Shown in pieces: positions 19,601-27,359 of a DNA stretch of 64,000 nucleotides (its first letter is position 1; each line of letters begins with the position of its first letter). The translations under genes and the position numbers were made by a program. This stretch comes from Saprospiraceae bacterium. Its GTDB lineage: Bacteria; Bacteroidota; Bacteroidia; Chitinophagales; Saprospiraceae. The notes beneath the pieces are model-generated. The model was given only the letters and a program-made list of their open reading frames with translations. It had not been told where the DNA came from and did not search any database. The stretch covers positions 54,502 to 118,501 of the forward strand of contig JAYUHK010000161.1 in assembly GCA_043767025.1 (NCBI GenBank), written 5' to 3'.

Positions 19601-21429
19601 AACCCAATGACACGGTTGCTTGCACGAAGACGTACAAACTTTCTACAACGCCGAGTTTCGGCACTGGCAAATGGGAGATAAAGAGCCGCCCGATAGGTTC
19701 GGGAGCGAACTTTGTGCCGTCGGTAAATGTGCCATCGCCTACGGTGACGGTGACGACCTACGGTGCGTATTCATTCAACTGGATAGAGGACAACAACGGA
19801 TTCAAGGACACTTGCACGGTGTCAATTTTGTTCCAATTCAATCCTGCGCCGAGCATAATAGCTTCGACGTTGGACACGATATGCAACGCCACCGATACTA
19901 CATACACAGTGACGTTCAGCTTGTCGGGGGTTGCGCCATACAGCATCAAACAGGCACTATCGAACCCGAACCCAGCGGGAACGTTCAGCAACGGCGGAGC
20001 GGGCAATAAATTTACGTCAGCGTCCATCAAGAGCGATTTGGGGTACAGATTTGTGTTCAAAGACGCTATATCTTGCGACTCTACGGTGGTTCAGGGCATC
20101 AACAGTTGTCCGTGCAAGGCGGAGGCGGGGGTTGCCAGACCAGCCTTGACGGTGTGTGAGCGGACGGACAGCACGGTTATATTGGCGAATTTATTGAACA
20201 ATGAAGAGCCGAATGGGATTTGGAGTTTGGTGCCACCTGCGCCCGACCCCGACGTATCGACGGGCAAGTTCAAGACAAAAAACAGAGCCGCTGGGACGTA
20301 CAAATTTTTGTATCGGATAGCGGACAAAGTGAGTGCGCCGAGCTGCAAGGGAGATTCTGCGTATGTGACGGTGGTCATCAATCCGTTGCCGGTGGCAGAT
20401 GCGGGCTTGGACAAATATCTGAATTGCGATGTGACCAAAGCGACGTTGGGTGGAGCGAACACGTCTGTTGGGTCAGAATTTAGCTACCAATGGACGGGCG
20501 CGTTGAGCAATCCGAGTGTGGCTAATCCGATAGCGGACGGTTCGGGGACGTATATTTTGACGGTAAGGGACGTGAATACGGGCTGCTTTACGCGGGACAC
20601 GGTAAAGGTGGATCAAAAAATATCGTTTCCCGAGATTACGGTGTCGGTAAAAGACCCGACTTGTTACGGGTTTGACAACGGAAATATTGTCATCAAGTCG
20701 ATTTTTGGGGGTACGAAACCGTACAAATTTAACTTCAATGGGACAGGATTTGTGACCGTACCGAAGACGATAGACACGATACCGTTCTATTATTTGAAAG
20801 CGGGCAAATACACATTTGCGGTGCTGGACTCCAACGGCTGCCGTTTCGATACTATTTTGAACATCAAAGAACAGCCTCAATTAATTGCGGATTTGGGACC
20901 CGATGTGGTGATAGATTTAGGAAACGACACGCTTTTGAAAGCGATAATCAACATACCATTTTCAGAAATAGACACGATAATCTGGATACCCGTGAAAGCG
21001 GATACGGTGATGAGTTTGCAGTACATGGTCAAAGTTCCGCAAGACGAGCTGGATTATTGCATTACGGTCATCAGCAAAAACGGCTGTCAAGCGACGGACT
21101 GCCTGCGTCTTCGGGTGGATAAAAAACGTCCAGTGTTTATTCCGAACATATTTTCGCCGGACAACAACGGGTTGAACGATATATTTTACATATTCGGTAA
21201 TCCGTTGGTGGTGAAGCAGATAGACAATTTTGAGATATACAACCGATGGGGTGACGTGGTGTTCAGGCTCAACGGACCGTTCCAACCCAACGACCCACAA
21301 TATGGCTGGGACGGCACATTCAACGGCAAGCCGATGAACAACGGAGTGTATGTGGTGTGGGCGCGTGTGACGTACATAGACGGCAAGGTGGAACTCATCA
21401 AAACCGATGTCACGCTGCACAGGAATTAA
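13654..21429 (+). CDS. Giant (2591 aa) cell-surface adhesin-like protein with a T9SS type B (gliding motility-associated, CHU_C) C-terminal sorting domain
   Basis: Has a signal peptide, then four ~84-aa PKD-like repeats (nt 15250-16254). Five ~275-aa composite modules start at nt 16255, 17077, 17917, 18739 and 19576. An SprB-type repeat (CYGFDNGNIVIKSIFGGTKPYKFNFNG) follows. The C-terminus FIPNIFSPDNNGLNDIFYIFG...WDGTFNGKPMNNGVYVVWARVTYIDG is typical of type B CTDs. Confidence 0.85.
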   Translation: MKHILLLLIVFLSFFIATELRAQCGSPMAGGIGETCANPASACLNGLISNNYGFSGAGGVDIPGCLTIQNDVYISFTVDPAFAGGSINFQIDLAGCTGGGNGLQAAIYPIGACNSTPLDCNQGSPVSFSIGGNVSFVPGNTYILMLDGVSGSQCGYTITANPTNSIVPPPDVFNGLAIGPMSPANAIISCADPVPDLPIKYSIPPVACATTYHWYIMGSSGSGGTASIMGIGIAANTSQSGMNINTTGTTGAAVNLSISGNTAGTFKLCVEAGNGCNYTPPLCKDVTIKTPPVDTSAVLYFCPNVSSWNGTGRLPTPRFPATLPGAPFSITTSFPGSNLYTVQVKDAQNCPFNVDLDLRKYSEADYSRDLGEIPLCKNQTVTICGTAYSQATPGGKVVICPVPAGSLPPKCDTTKSFFITPIIINPIIIPASVTKACPNSVVRLSGATSTWLPNLGGNQIVTYTWFKGAAIIPGATDSFYNVPAGDVLTGSQVYMFVITYKYNYFGPDGTTPLTKTCTEMTTATVSASVAPSPQTPVITGAGSYCNGGTYTFTISNYNGTDIIAWKINGVTVPNNITNSVTFQVSAPNDVITAVASNQCGSASAVGTLTINIQNSVAAPIIGGQDTVCRASVQSYCITNPDPLGTYTWQLPAGVTSVAGPGANCITATIGASAVSGDSVCVTAVDNCGTKRTCKGLIIKNVPAAPTLINGSKVVCSGDTITYSTPAIAEASQYVWTVTGGTINAGQNSGTIKVIWGVNTVGKVCVKSKNTCGNSADFCENIVIGMPPVPPVLFGKSTACLGEVVIYKVDTLRNGVTYTWTVTGGGTIIPFPTSDSIKVNWTNPGVSEKVCVKATNFCGSVDVCVLVVVNAIPVANAGVALDTVCGFQYNLVGTKNIPASDLLWTVKSKPAGSSVIFGNATSAATAVTVDKCGSYIFQLKENNNGCLDSAVTTVIFSEPPVINQLLATCAGNKLTYVVTFSINGCSAPFTVTGMTGGAVVGNNFTSNSIPSGTINYSYSVKDAYGCEVLAQGLKNCQCITNAGTMSATQLEACESGTVAGVFVGGFANDGNDVQQFALHNGFFASTNQAFAINNTGIFGFAAPMQYETTYYISSIAGNNKGGGIVDTTDNCLSVSPGQPVIFHKNPTPKAGMKDSICGKTFTFAAIKDVAGAVGTWTLLSGAGSVVSYTPDANTPTAEVKVTAFGNYKFKWEENNSGCKGSDSVAVTFLPDDLDAVHVSYLCDLPGEFYQDSIKITGGTPPFTILDKRTGLTYIYSDLSNFYETPKVPTSTRDTFLITDFYGCKTDTVKTFKVCDCKTEVVSVSILNPILCELDMVRGKGVGTKDNNDIDEYYLSATADPVSDGKLAINKTGTFSLLAGMNCGTTYYLSYAIGNADTALANIGHVNFTDDPCASIKTIPFIFNCQPIVYAGLDDTICDVNYVLQGTINIGKGTWRVISKPTNGVATFSNPNFKNSNVSVDSCGEYELEWRGDNNGCVDIDSVKITFGKVPIVGHTTAQNQSHTGFSVTLSINGCNQPFRVNTSVIAGSVYTSGILGCSPDSMSHYSFEVQDKYGCTASVVDSIACVCTSDAGVLLVGSLLSVCQSDSIRIAPLLQPNTGAMDPNDQMEYILSDKCGVHGAVIYQRNKSGKFVYQAPLVLGTTYFAYKIVGDSTPSSQVNITDLCLDSTACQSVRFIENPIPKAGGDDSICGLTYVLRAIPSVGTGVWRQVTGAGTSIFNDNTLAGATVSVSVCGVYTYEWKEDNLSCIKSDTVKIIFSEPPTVSNLKDSCNNIYTGYFVKFNLQGCGSPYKIVGTNNTNVTTVAGNFVSPLIPADSLNYKFTITDIYGCKKIITGTKNCICVGTFAGTFGGAIIKQCVDATGGGTISVSANLPSVKLDANDGIEYILTDSCLSPRRVGNVISRNKTGTFGFSGGMIYGKTYYIALVVGDTLLNGQVKLDTTMNRCLDVRCQPVVFYQCPNTLCQPNDTVACTKTYKLSTTPSFGTGKWEIKSRPIGSGANFVPSVNVPSPTVTVTTYGAYSFNWIEDNNGFKDTCTVSILFQFNPAPSIIASTLDTICNATDTTYTVTFSLSGVAPYSIKQALSNPNPAGTFSNGGAGNKFTSASIKSDLGYRFVFKDAISCDSTVVQGINSCPCKAEAGVARPALTVCERTDSTVILANLLNNEEPNGIWSLVPPAPDPDVSTGKFKTKNRAAGTYKFLYRIADKVSAPSCKGDSAYVTVVINPLPVADAGLDKYLNCDVTKATLGGANTSVGSEFSYQWTGALSNPSVANPIADGSGTYILTVRDVNTGCFTRDTVKVDQKISFPEITVSVKDPTCYGFDNGNIVIKSIFGGTKPYKFNFNGTGFVTVPKTIDTIPFYYLKAGKYTFAVLDSNGCRFDTILNIKEQPQLIADLGPDVVIDLGNDTLLKAIINIPFSEIDTIIWIPVKADTVMSLQYMVKVPQDELDYCITVISKNGCQATDCLRLRVDKKRPVFIPNIFSPDNNGLNDIFYIFGNPLVVKQIDNFEIYNRWGDVVFRLNGPFQPNDPQYGWDGTFNGKPMNNGVYVVWARVTYIDGKVELIKTDVTLHRN

Positions 21430-21452
21430 GATAAAAATGATGAATAATAAAA

Positions 21453-21486
21453 AATGCACCGCTCGAAAAGCGGTGCATTTTTTTTG
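21453..21486 (+). terminator. Rho-independent terminator of the giant adhesin gene
   Basis: The stem tgcaccgct (21455-21463) pairs with agcggtgca (21469-21477) around the loop cgaaa, followed by a T8 run. Confidence 0.85.
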
Positions 21487-21573
21487 TGAGAAAAGTGACG
21501 TGGGTTTGGAAAGAATTTGCGACATTTGCGGAGCGAAAATCCTGAAAAATATGCCAATACAATTATTTTTAAT

Positions 21574-22899
21574 ATGAAAAATATTGAAAAATCAATTCTG
21601 CTCAAAACAGAGTTGGACGAATTGCGCCCGATTTCCGAAGAAGTCGAAGCAAAAATTATGCAAAAATTCAGATTGGATTGGAACTATCACTCCAATAATT
21701 TGGAGGGCAATTCGCTGACTTTTGGTGAAACAAAAGCCCTGATTTTGTTCGGAATAACGGCGCAGGGAAAGCCGCTAAAAGACCATTTTGAGATAACGGG
21801 TCACAACGAGGCGATAAATTGGGTGTTGGAAATAGTGAAGCAAGAGCGACCGTTGAGCGAAAATTTTATTCGGGAGTTGCACACTTTGATTTTGAAAGAA
21901 CCCTACGAAGTAGCTGCCATCACGCCCAATGGTTTGCCGACCAAAAAGCGGGTCGAAATCGGTAGCTACAAGAAAACGCCCAACCATGTGAAGACAAAAA
22001 CTGGCGAGATTTTTCGCTTCGCAACGCCCAAAGAAACGCCTGCAAAAATGCACGATTTGTTGGAATGGTATCGAGCAAAACTCGACGAAGCAGACGTAAA
22101 TCCGATTTTGTTGGCGGCTGAATTTCATTACAAATTCATCTGTATTCACCCTTTCGACGACGGAAATGGGCGCACGGCGCGGATATTGATGAATTTTATT
22201 TTGATGCAATTCGCGTATCCGCCTGCGGTCATCAAGACGACCGAAAAAGAAAATTATTTCTCTGTGTTGCGGCAAGCCGATGCAGGTATTTTTGAGCCGT
22301 TTTTGGAGTTTATTGCCCAAAATCTCAATCATTCGTTGGAAATAATGATAAAAGGCGCGAAGGGCGAAAGCATAGAAGAAGCGGACGATATTGACAAAGA
22401 ACTCGCACTTTTGGCACAAAAACTGAAAGGATTTGGGGAAGCAGTACCCAAAAGTGCTGAAAACTTATTAGAAATTTACGATCAATCTGTGACAAGGTTG
22501 GCACGAGTATTTTTTGAAAAAGGTAAAATATTTGAGCAATTTTATACGAGTAGTCACAGTTATTTTTACCTTGATGGAGAAGAATATCTGGTTAGTATCG
22601 GAAATAATATCCAAGAATGTAGAAAAAAAATTCAACATAGAATAAACAACGTCACAATTAGGTTGTACTATCGTAATTTTGACCAAAAAGGACTTTCAAA
22701 TTTTAATTTTAACTCAAACATATCGTTTACTTTTGAACAAAAAAAATACACCGTCAAAAATACGAATAACATAACCTACGAAAAAACATATTCCGAGCAG
22801 CTAACGGACGACGAAATTAGCAATTTGGTCAGCGCAGAATTGAGAAAACACATGGAATATATAGAAAATCAAATGAACATCGCACAAGGAACATTGTAG
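21574..22899 (+). CDS. Fic family protein (class II, N-terminal inhibitory motif) with an uncharacterised ~170-aa C-terminal extension
   Basis: The Fic motif HPFDDGNGRTARIL lies at nt 22147-22188. The S-x-x-x-E-G inhibitory motif (SNNLEG) lies at nt 21691-21708. I chose the start at MKNIEKS (ATG 21574) rather than the listed upstream start, which overlaps the terminator. Confidence 0.85.
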   Translation: MKNIEKSILLKTELDELRPISEEVEAKIMQKFRLDWNYHSNNLEGNSLTFGETKALILFGITAQGKPLKDHFEITGHNEAINWVLEIVKQERPLSENFIRELHTLILKEPYEVAAITPNGLPTKKRVEIGSYKKTPNHVKTKTGEIFRFATPKETPAKMHDLLEWYRAKLDEADVNPILLAAEFHYKFICIHPFDDGNGRTARILMNFILMQFAYPPAVIKTTEKENYFSVLRQADAGIFEPFLEFIAQNLNHSLEIMIKGAKGESIEEADDIDKELALLAQKLKGFGEAVPKSAENLLEIYDQSVTRLARVFFEKGKIFEQFYTSSHSYFYLDGEEYLVSIGNNIQECRKKIQHRINNVTIRLYYRNFDQKGLSNFNFNSNISFTFEQKKYTVKNTNNITYEKTYSEQLTDDEISNLVSAELRKHMEYIENQMNIAQGTL

Positions 22900-22903
22900 T
22901 ATT

Positions 22904-23950
22904 TTGAAAACAAACATTGTAATATTTTACTTTTTAATTCAGATTTGTAGCCTTTTTGGGCAAAATTTGAGCTTCAATTTGGTTGTTTCGCACCCAATAA
23001 CTTGCTTTGGGGGCAGCGACGGCGGTGTTTCGGTCACGAGTTTGGCAGGCGGAACTCCGCCGTATCAAACAAAATGGTCGAATGGAAAAGCCCAAACGCT
23101 CGCCAACGACAGCCTGAATTGCGGTAATTATTCCGTTACCGTCACCGATGCCAACCAGCTTGAATCGGTAAAAAATATAGAAATCCGAAATCCGCCAGCC
23201 ATTCAGTTTGATATTTTGGTAAAAAATCCGAGCTGCAATACGTCGAATGATGGAAAAATTGAGGTACAAAATATTTCAAATGCACAAGTTCCTGTGACAT
23301 ATTTTTTTAATAAAAAAAATACTACGGATTCTATTTTTTCAAACCAAAAGTCTGGGCGATTTCAAATAAAAATCAAAGACTCTTTGGGCTGCGAAGTCGA
23401 AAAAGATAGTTTTGTAGATTTCGTCCGAGAATTTTTGATATACGCTGGCGAAAATAAAAGTATAAAATTGGGCGAAAGTGCCGAAATAAAGGTAGAAAGC
23501 AACTATTTGTTGGATTCTATAGTTTGGCAGCCAAATGTTCCCTGCAAGTGCGACCTTGCAGAAGTCACGCCGTATTTTTCTACCGACTATAAATTAACTG
23601 CTTATTTTGCGGGTTGTGTGGCGACCGATGAGGTCAGAGTTGCCGTCAATCGCCGCCCAGAAATTTTTGTTCCCAATGCTTTTTCGCCCAATCGGGACGA
23701 CAAAAATGAGCTTTTTCAAGTTTTTTACAACAAAAAACAAGTCACCTCAATACAATCTTTGCGTATCTACGACCGCGCTGGAAGCCTCGTTTTTTCGCAG
23801 CAGACCGAACCCAACGGAGCAGACCCAACTTGGGACGGCACTCAAAATGGCGCGGAACTTTCGCCTGCCGTATTCACTTATTTCATTGAATACCAGCTAA
23901 TTGACGACACTTTGGGGCAGATGTCTGGCGAAGTCACGCTCTGGAAATAA
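22904..23950 (+). CDS. SprB-repeat protein with a T9SS type B (CHU_C) C-terminal sorting domain
   Basis: 348 aa. A TTG start is followed directly by a signal peptide. SprB repeat: CFGGSDGGVSVTSLAGGTPPYQTKWSNG. C-terminus: FVPNAFSPNRDDKNELFQV...WDGTQNGAELSPAVFTYFIEY. The start is only 4 nt after the Fic stop codon. Confidence 0.8.
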   Translation: MKTNIVIFYFLIQICSLFGQNLSFNLVVSHPITCFGGSDGGVSVTSLAGGTPPYQTKWSNGKAQTLANDSLNCGNYSVTVTDANQLESVKNIEIRNPPAIQFDILVKNPSCNTSNDGKIEVQNISNAQVPVTYFFNKKNTTDSIFSNQKSGRFQIKIKDSLGCEVEKDSFVDFVREFLIYAGENKSIKLGESAEIKVESNYLLDSIVWQPNVPCKCDLAEVTPYFSTDYKLTAYFAGCVATDEVRVAVNRRPEIFVPNAFSPNRDDKNELFQVFYNKKQVTSIQSLRIYDRAGSLVFSQQTEPNGADPTWDGTQNGAELSPAVFTYFIEYQLIDDTLGQMSGEVTLWK

Positions 23951-23995
23951 ACTATTGCCCAACCAAAAACATAAAATTTTTCGCCTTGCGAAATA

Positions 23996-24156
23996 GTCAT
24001 TTTAGGAATGAAGAAAAAATAAAGTACTCCAATTTTTCAAATAAATTCAAACAATAACAAGGCATTTTTGATGCGCAACGCAGCACGTTGTAACGAAAAA
24101 ATAACGCAGTGATTGGTTGTAATTCAGCAGAAAAAATAGGTAATTTATTTTAGACG
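23996..24156 (+). repeat. Intergenic repeat family B, copy B1 (~160 bp)
   Basis: Aligns along its full length with 27060-27225 and partly with the reverse complement of 41896-42011. Contains the short inverted repeat CAACG...CGTTG. Confidence 0.85.
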
Positions 24157-24234
24157 CTTTCCTTATAGAAAAATCAAACTATCTTTGGGCAAGTTTTACA
24201 TCGTCGTTTGAAAATTTTATGACCAAAAATTGCT

Positions 24235-25776
24235 TTGAAACAACTCGATAAGTTACTCATAAAATCATTTTTGCCTCCTTTTGTAGTCAATTTTTTGATC
24301 GCTTTGTTTGTGTTTATTATGCAGACATTGTGGCTTTATATTGACGAAATAATGGGAAAAGGCGCGGGTTTGCTGCTTTTGGCGGAGCTGATTTTTTACC
24401 TTTCGATACGACTTGTGCCGACGGTTTTGACGCTCGCCGTCCTCATCGCGTCCGTCATGACGATGGGCAACCTCGCCGAGCATTACGAGCTTAATAGTTT
24501 CAAGTCTGCGGGCGTGCCGCTGCTCCGAGTGATGCGTCCGCTGTTTATTTTTTGTTTCGGCGTAGCGATTTTTTCCTTTTTTTGTTCCGATTATTTTATA
24601 CCGAAAGCGAACCTCAAATTCACTTCTCGAATGTATGATATTCGGAAGCAAAAACCGACTTTGAGCTTGGAAGAGGGAATATTCAACAGCGATTTTGCTG
24701 GTTTTGTGATGCGAATTGGTAAAAAAAATAGCGATAATAAGACGATTGAAAATGTATTAATCTATGACCACACGGGGGAAGATAAAACGAAAACCAACCA
24801 AATCCTCGCCAAAAGCGGCGAAATGTACACGACTGCCGACCGACAATTTATGATAATGAACCTCAAAGATGGGCGGCAATATCAGGAAGTAATGCCGTCG
24901 AGCAAAAACAACAAAAAGTCGTATCCGTTTGTCCGCACCTCATTCAAAGAGTGGAACAAAGTGTTTGATTTGGGGCAATTTGAGATGGGACGCAGCGACG
25001 AAAATTTATTCAAAAACCTCCAAAGTGTGCAGCGCACTACCCAACTGTTGCAGCAAGTGGATTCTATCAATCAAAAAATCGAAGACCAAAATACAGAACT
25101 TTCTAACCAAACGAAGGGTTTTTATCGCTATCTTTCTATCAATAAAATCAAAAATGTGACATCGGATTCGGCAGCAAAAACCGCAATCATTGCTCCGAAT
25201 TTTCGCACTCCACACAGCGATATACCGCCCAAATTCAGAGATTTTGGCGATTCCGCGCTGCTTGCGAAGCCCTTTACGACCCTCGAAGACTTGATTTCTT
25301 CGATGCCTGTCTATGAGCAAAAACAGCTGTTTGGTCGGGCTGCATCGCAGGCGAGAAGCGGCAAAAGCCTTGCAATATCTACTATTGAGAGCAAAGACCG
25401 ACTGAAAAAAGACTTGGTAAAATTCCAGTTTGAGCTACACACCAAATTCACTTGGGCGTTTGTATGTCTGCTTTTTTTATTCATCGGCGCGCCGATGGGA
25501 GCGATAGTTCGCAAAGGCGGTTTTGGATATCCGATTTTGATTTCGATTAGTTTTTTTATGTTGTTTTTTATGCTGACCGTGATGGGAAAAAGATTAGCGG
25601 ATTCGCTGGCGATGAATGTTATTTTGGCGGCTTGGCTGCCGTGTTTGGTACTGCTGCCGGTCAGTATTATTTTGACGATAAAAGGAATGAACGACTCGCC
25701 GTTGTTCGATTTTGCGAGCATTTTTCAAAGAATAAAAAATATTTATAAAACAAAAAACAAGATAATTGCTAAATGA
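24235..25776 (+). CDS. LptF/LptG family permease (YjgP/YjgQ)
   Basis: 513 aa. The N-terminus LDKLLIKSFLPPFVVNFLIALFVFIMQTLWLYIDEIMGKG is typical of the family. It has a large periplasmic loop and C-terminal TM helices. The TTG start is listed in the ORF track. Confidence 0.8.
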   Translation: MKQLDKLLIKSFLPPFVVNFLIALFVFIMQTLWLYIDEIMGKGAGLLLLAELIFYLSIRLVPTVLTLAVLIASVMTMGNLAEHYELNSFKSAGVPLLRVMRPLFIFCFGVAIFSFFCSDYFIPKANLKFTSRMYDIRKQKPTLSLEEGIFNSDFAGFVMRIGKKNSDNKTIENVLIYDHTGEDKTKTNQILAKSGEMYTTADRQFMIMNLKDGRQYQEVMPSSKNNKKSYPFVRTSFKEWNKVFDLGQFEMGRSDENLFKNLQSVQRTTQLLQQVDSINQKIEDQNTELSNQTKGFYRYLSINKIKNVTSDSAAKTAIIAPNFRTPHSDIPPKFRDFGDSALLAKPFTTLEDLISSMPVYEQKQLFGRAASQARSGKSLAISTIESKDRLKKDLVKFQFELHTKFTWAFVCLLFLFIGAPMGAIVRKGGFGYPILISISFFMLFFMLTVMGKRLADSLAMNVILAAWLPCLVLLPVSIILTIKGMNDSPLFDFASIFQRIKNIYKTKNKIIAK

Positions 25777-26456
25777 ACGATGTCACAATAAATAATATTA
25801 TTAAAAATAATTTGGTATTTTTTACTTTATTTTTAATATTTCTGTTGCTTGCGCAGTTTTTTTTGTGGCACAATCACATACAAGGCGAAGAAATATTTTG
25901 GTTGGATGCACAAAGGAAATCATTTTTAGATATAATTTTTCAGTTTTTTACGTTGGTAGGAGAGGCGTATTCTTTTGTAATTGCTTTTTTTGTGCTGTTA
26001 TTTTTTGAGTATCGAAAAGCAATTTTGATACCTATTGCAGGCGGGCTGAACTTGATAATTACCTATTTTTCAAAGCATTATCTGGCGCACCCACGTCCGA
26101 TGACTTACTTCAATCAGCTGCATATTTTTGAAAAATTGCACCCTGTGGAGGGCGTAGATTTGAATTCGGGCTTCAATAGTTTTCCTTCGGGGCATACGCT
26201 GGCAGCGTTTACGCTGTTCAGTTTGCTGGCGTTGCTTTCAGAAAACAAGACACGGAATGCAGTTATTTTTTTTAGCTCAGCGGCGTTGGTGGCGGTGTCA
26301 CGAATGTACTTAATTCAACATTTTTTAGAAGATGTTTTGTTGGGTTCTATCGTTGGCACTTCGATAGCGACGGCGGTTTTTTATTTTTATAAAAATACAG
26401 AAATTGCGGCTGAAAGTAAATGGAATCAACATCTTAAAACTCGCAAATTGAACTAA
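25773..26456 (+). CDS. PAP2-family phosphatase (membrane)
   Basis: Carries the PAP2 motifs KHYLAHPRP, PSGHT and SRMYLIQHFLEDV. A 4-nt ATGA overlap with the lptF/G-like gene suggests translational coupling. Confidence 0.75.
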   Translation: MNDVTINNIIKNNLVFFTLFLIFLLLAQFFLWHNHIQGEEIFWLDAQRKSFLDIIFQFFTLVGEAYSFVIAFFVLLFFEYRKAILIPIAGGLNLIITYFSKHYLAHPRPMTYFNQLHIFEKLHPVEGVDLNSGFNSFPSGHTLAAFTLFSLLALLSENKTRNAVIFFSSAALVAVSRMYLIQHFLEDVLLGSIVGTSIATAVFYFYKNTEIAAESKWNQHLKTRKLN

Positions 26457-26469
26457 TCGGCATGGAAAA

Positions 26470-27054
26470 TTGTTTTCAAAGTCAAATATTATCCGAATGG
26501 AAGCAAACGAAAAACCAAAAACTGCGAATAGTAGTGTAGATCTGAGGATATTGGGCGAAATACAAACCAATAAAGGAGAAGACTTGGCGGCGTTGTCACA
26601 AAAACAACCAATTATGTTATTTTTCTTACGGCATTTTGGTTGTACTTTTTGTAGAGAAGCTCTGGACGAGATTTCAAAAAAACGCAAATCTATCGAAGAA
26701 AGCGGCATAAAAATTGTCTTCGTCCACATGGCAGACGAGCCGACGGCAAAGAAGTATTTTACGAAATTCAAAATGCCCGACGCGACTTTCGTTGGGGATT
26801 CGGAGTGTAAATATTATGCACATTTTGGGCTAATCAAAGGCTCGGCGACTCAACTTTTTGGGCTGCAATCTTTCGTGCGTGGCTTTCAGTCGGGTATTTT
26901 GAAAGGTTACGGACTCGGCGGACCGATTGGAGATGGCTTCCAAATGCCGGGTATTTTTATTATTTTTAGAAACGAAATTCGGGAAAGTTATGTCCATAAG
27001 TTAGCGTCTGACGTACCCGATTATATGAAGTTGGCTAAATGTTGTGAGTTGTGA
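26470..27054 (+). CDS. Peroxiredoxin-like (AhpC/TSA_2, thioredoxin-fold) protein
   Basis: Has FFLRHFGCTFCRE with a CxxC in a thioredoxin-fold context. The start is uncertain: TTG at 26470 or ATG at 26497 (MEANEK). Confidence 0.6.
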   Translation: MFSKSNIIRMEANEKPKTANSSVDLRILGEIQTNKGEDLAALSQKQPIMLFFLRHFGCTFCREALDEISKKRKSIEESGIKIVFVHMADEPTAKKYFTKFKMPDATFVGDSECKYYAHFGLIKGSATQLFGLQSFVRGFQSGILKGYGLGGPIGDGFQMPGIFIIFRNEIRESYVHKLASDVPDYMKLAKCCEL

Positions 27055-27059
27055 AGGCT

Positions 27060-27225
27060 GTCACATTTTTAGGAATGAGGAAAAAATAAGATATTCAGAT
27101 TTTTCCAATCAATTCAAACAATAACAAGGCATTTTTGAGGCGCAACACAGAGCGTTGTAACGAAAAAATAACGCAGTAATTGGTTGTAATTTAGCAGAAA
27201 AAATGAGTAGTATATTTTAGATACA
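27060..27225 (+). repeat. Intergenic repeat family B, copy B2
   Basis: Full-length alignment with B1 (23996-24156). Begins 6 nt after the stop of the upstream gene. Confidence 0.85.
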
Positions 27226-27328
27226 TTCTTACACTTAAATAGACGACATTTAATACTCGACATAATTCGTTGATTTTCAATAGTTTATGATGACTCAAAA
27301 TTAAAAACTAAAAACTTATAACTACTTA
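27226..27328 (+). mobile_element. Repeat family A, copy A2, inserted at the 3' end of repeat B2 (MITE-like nested insertion)
   Basis: B1 reads ttttagacgc|tttccttata uninterrupted. At B2 the homologous ttttagatac and cattccttatc are separated by the ~103-bp A copy. Confidence 0.75.
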
Positions 27329-27359
27329 CATTCCTTATCTATAAATAAAATATTTTAGT

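Noticed and set aside
14814-21525. Many 60-230-aa minus-strand and off-frame ORFs inside the giant adhesin gene, for example 15190-15891, 16747-17400, 17746-18360, 18451-19062 and 20962-21525
   Set aside because: All are nested within the 2591-aa ORF. They have Arg-rich, low-complexity translations characteristic of antisense frames of a Gly-, Thr- and Asn-rich gene, and they carry no motifs.
21775-22419. A 214-aa minus-strand ORF
   Set aside because: It is antisense to the Fic gene, which has an unambiguous HPFxDGNGRxxR motif.
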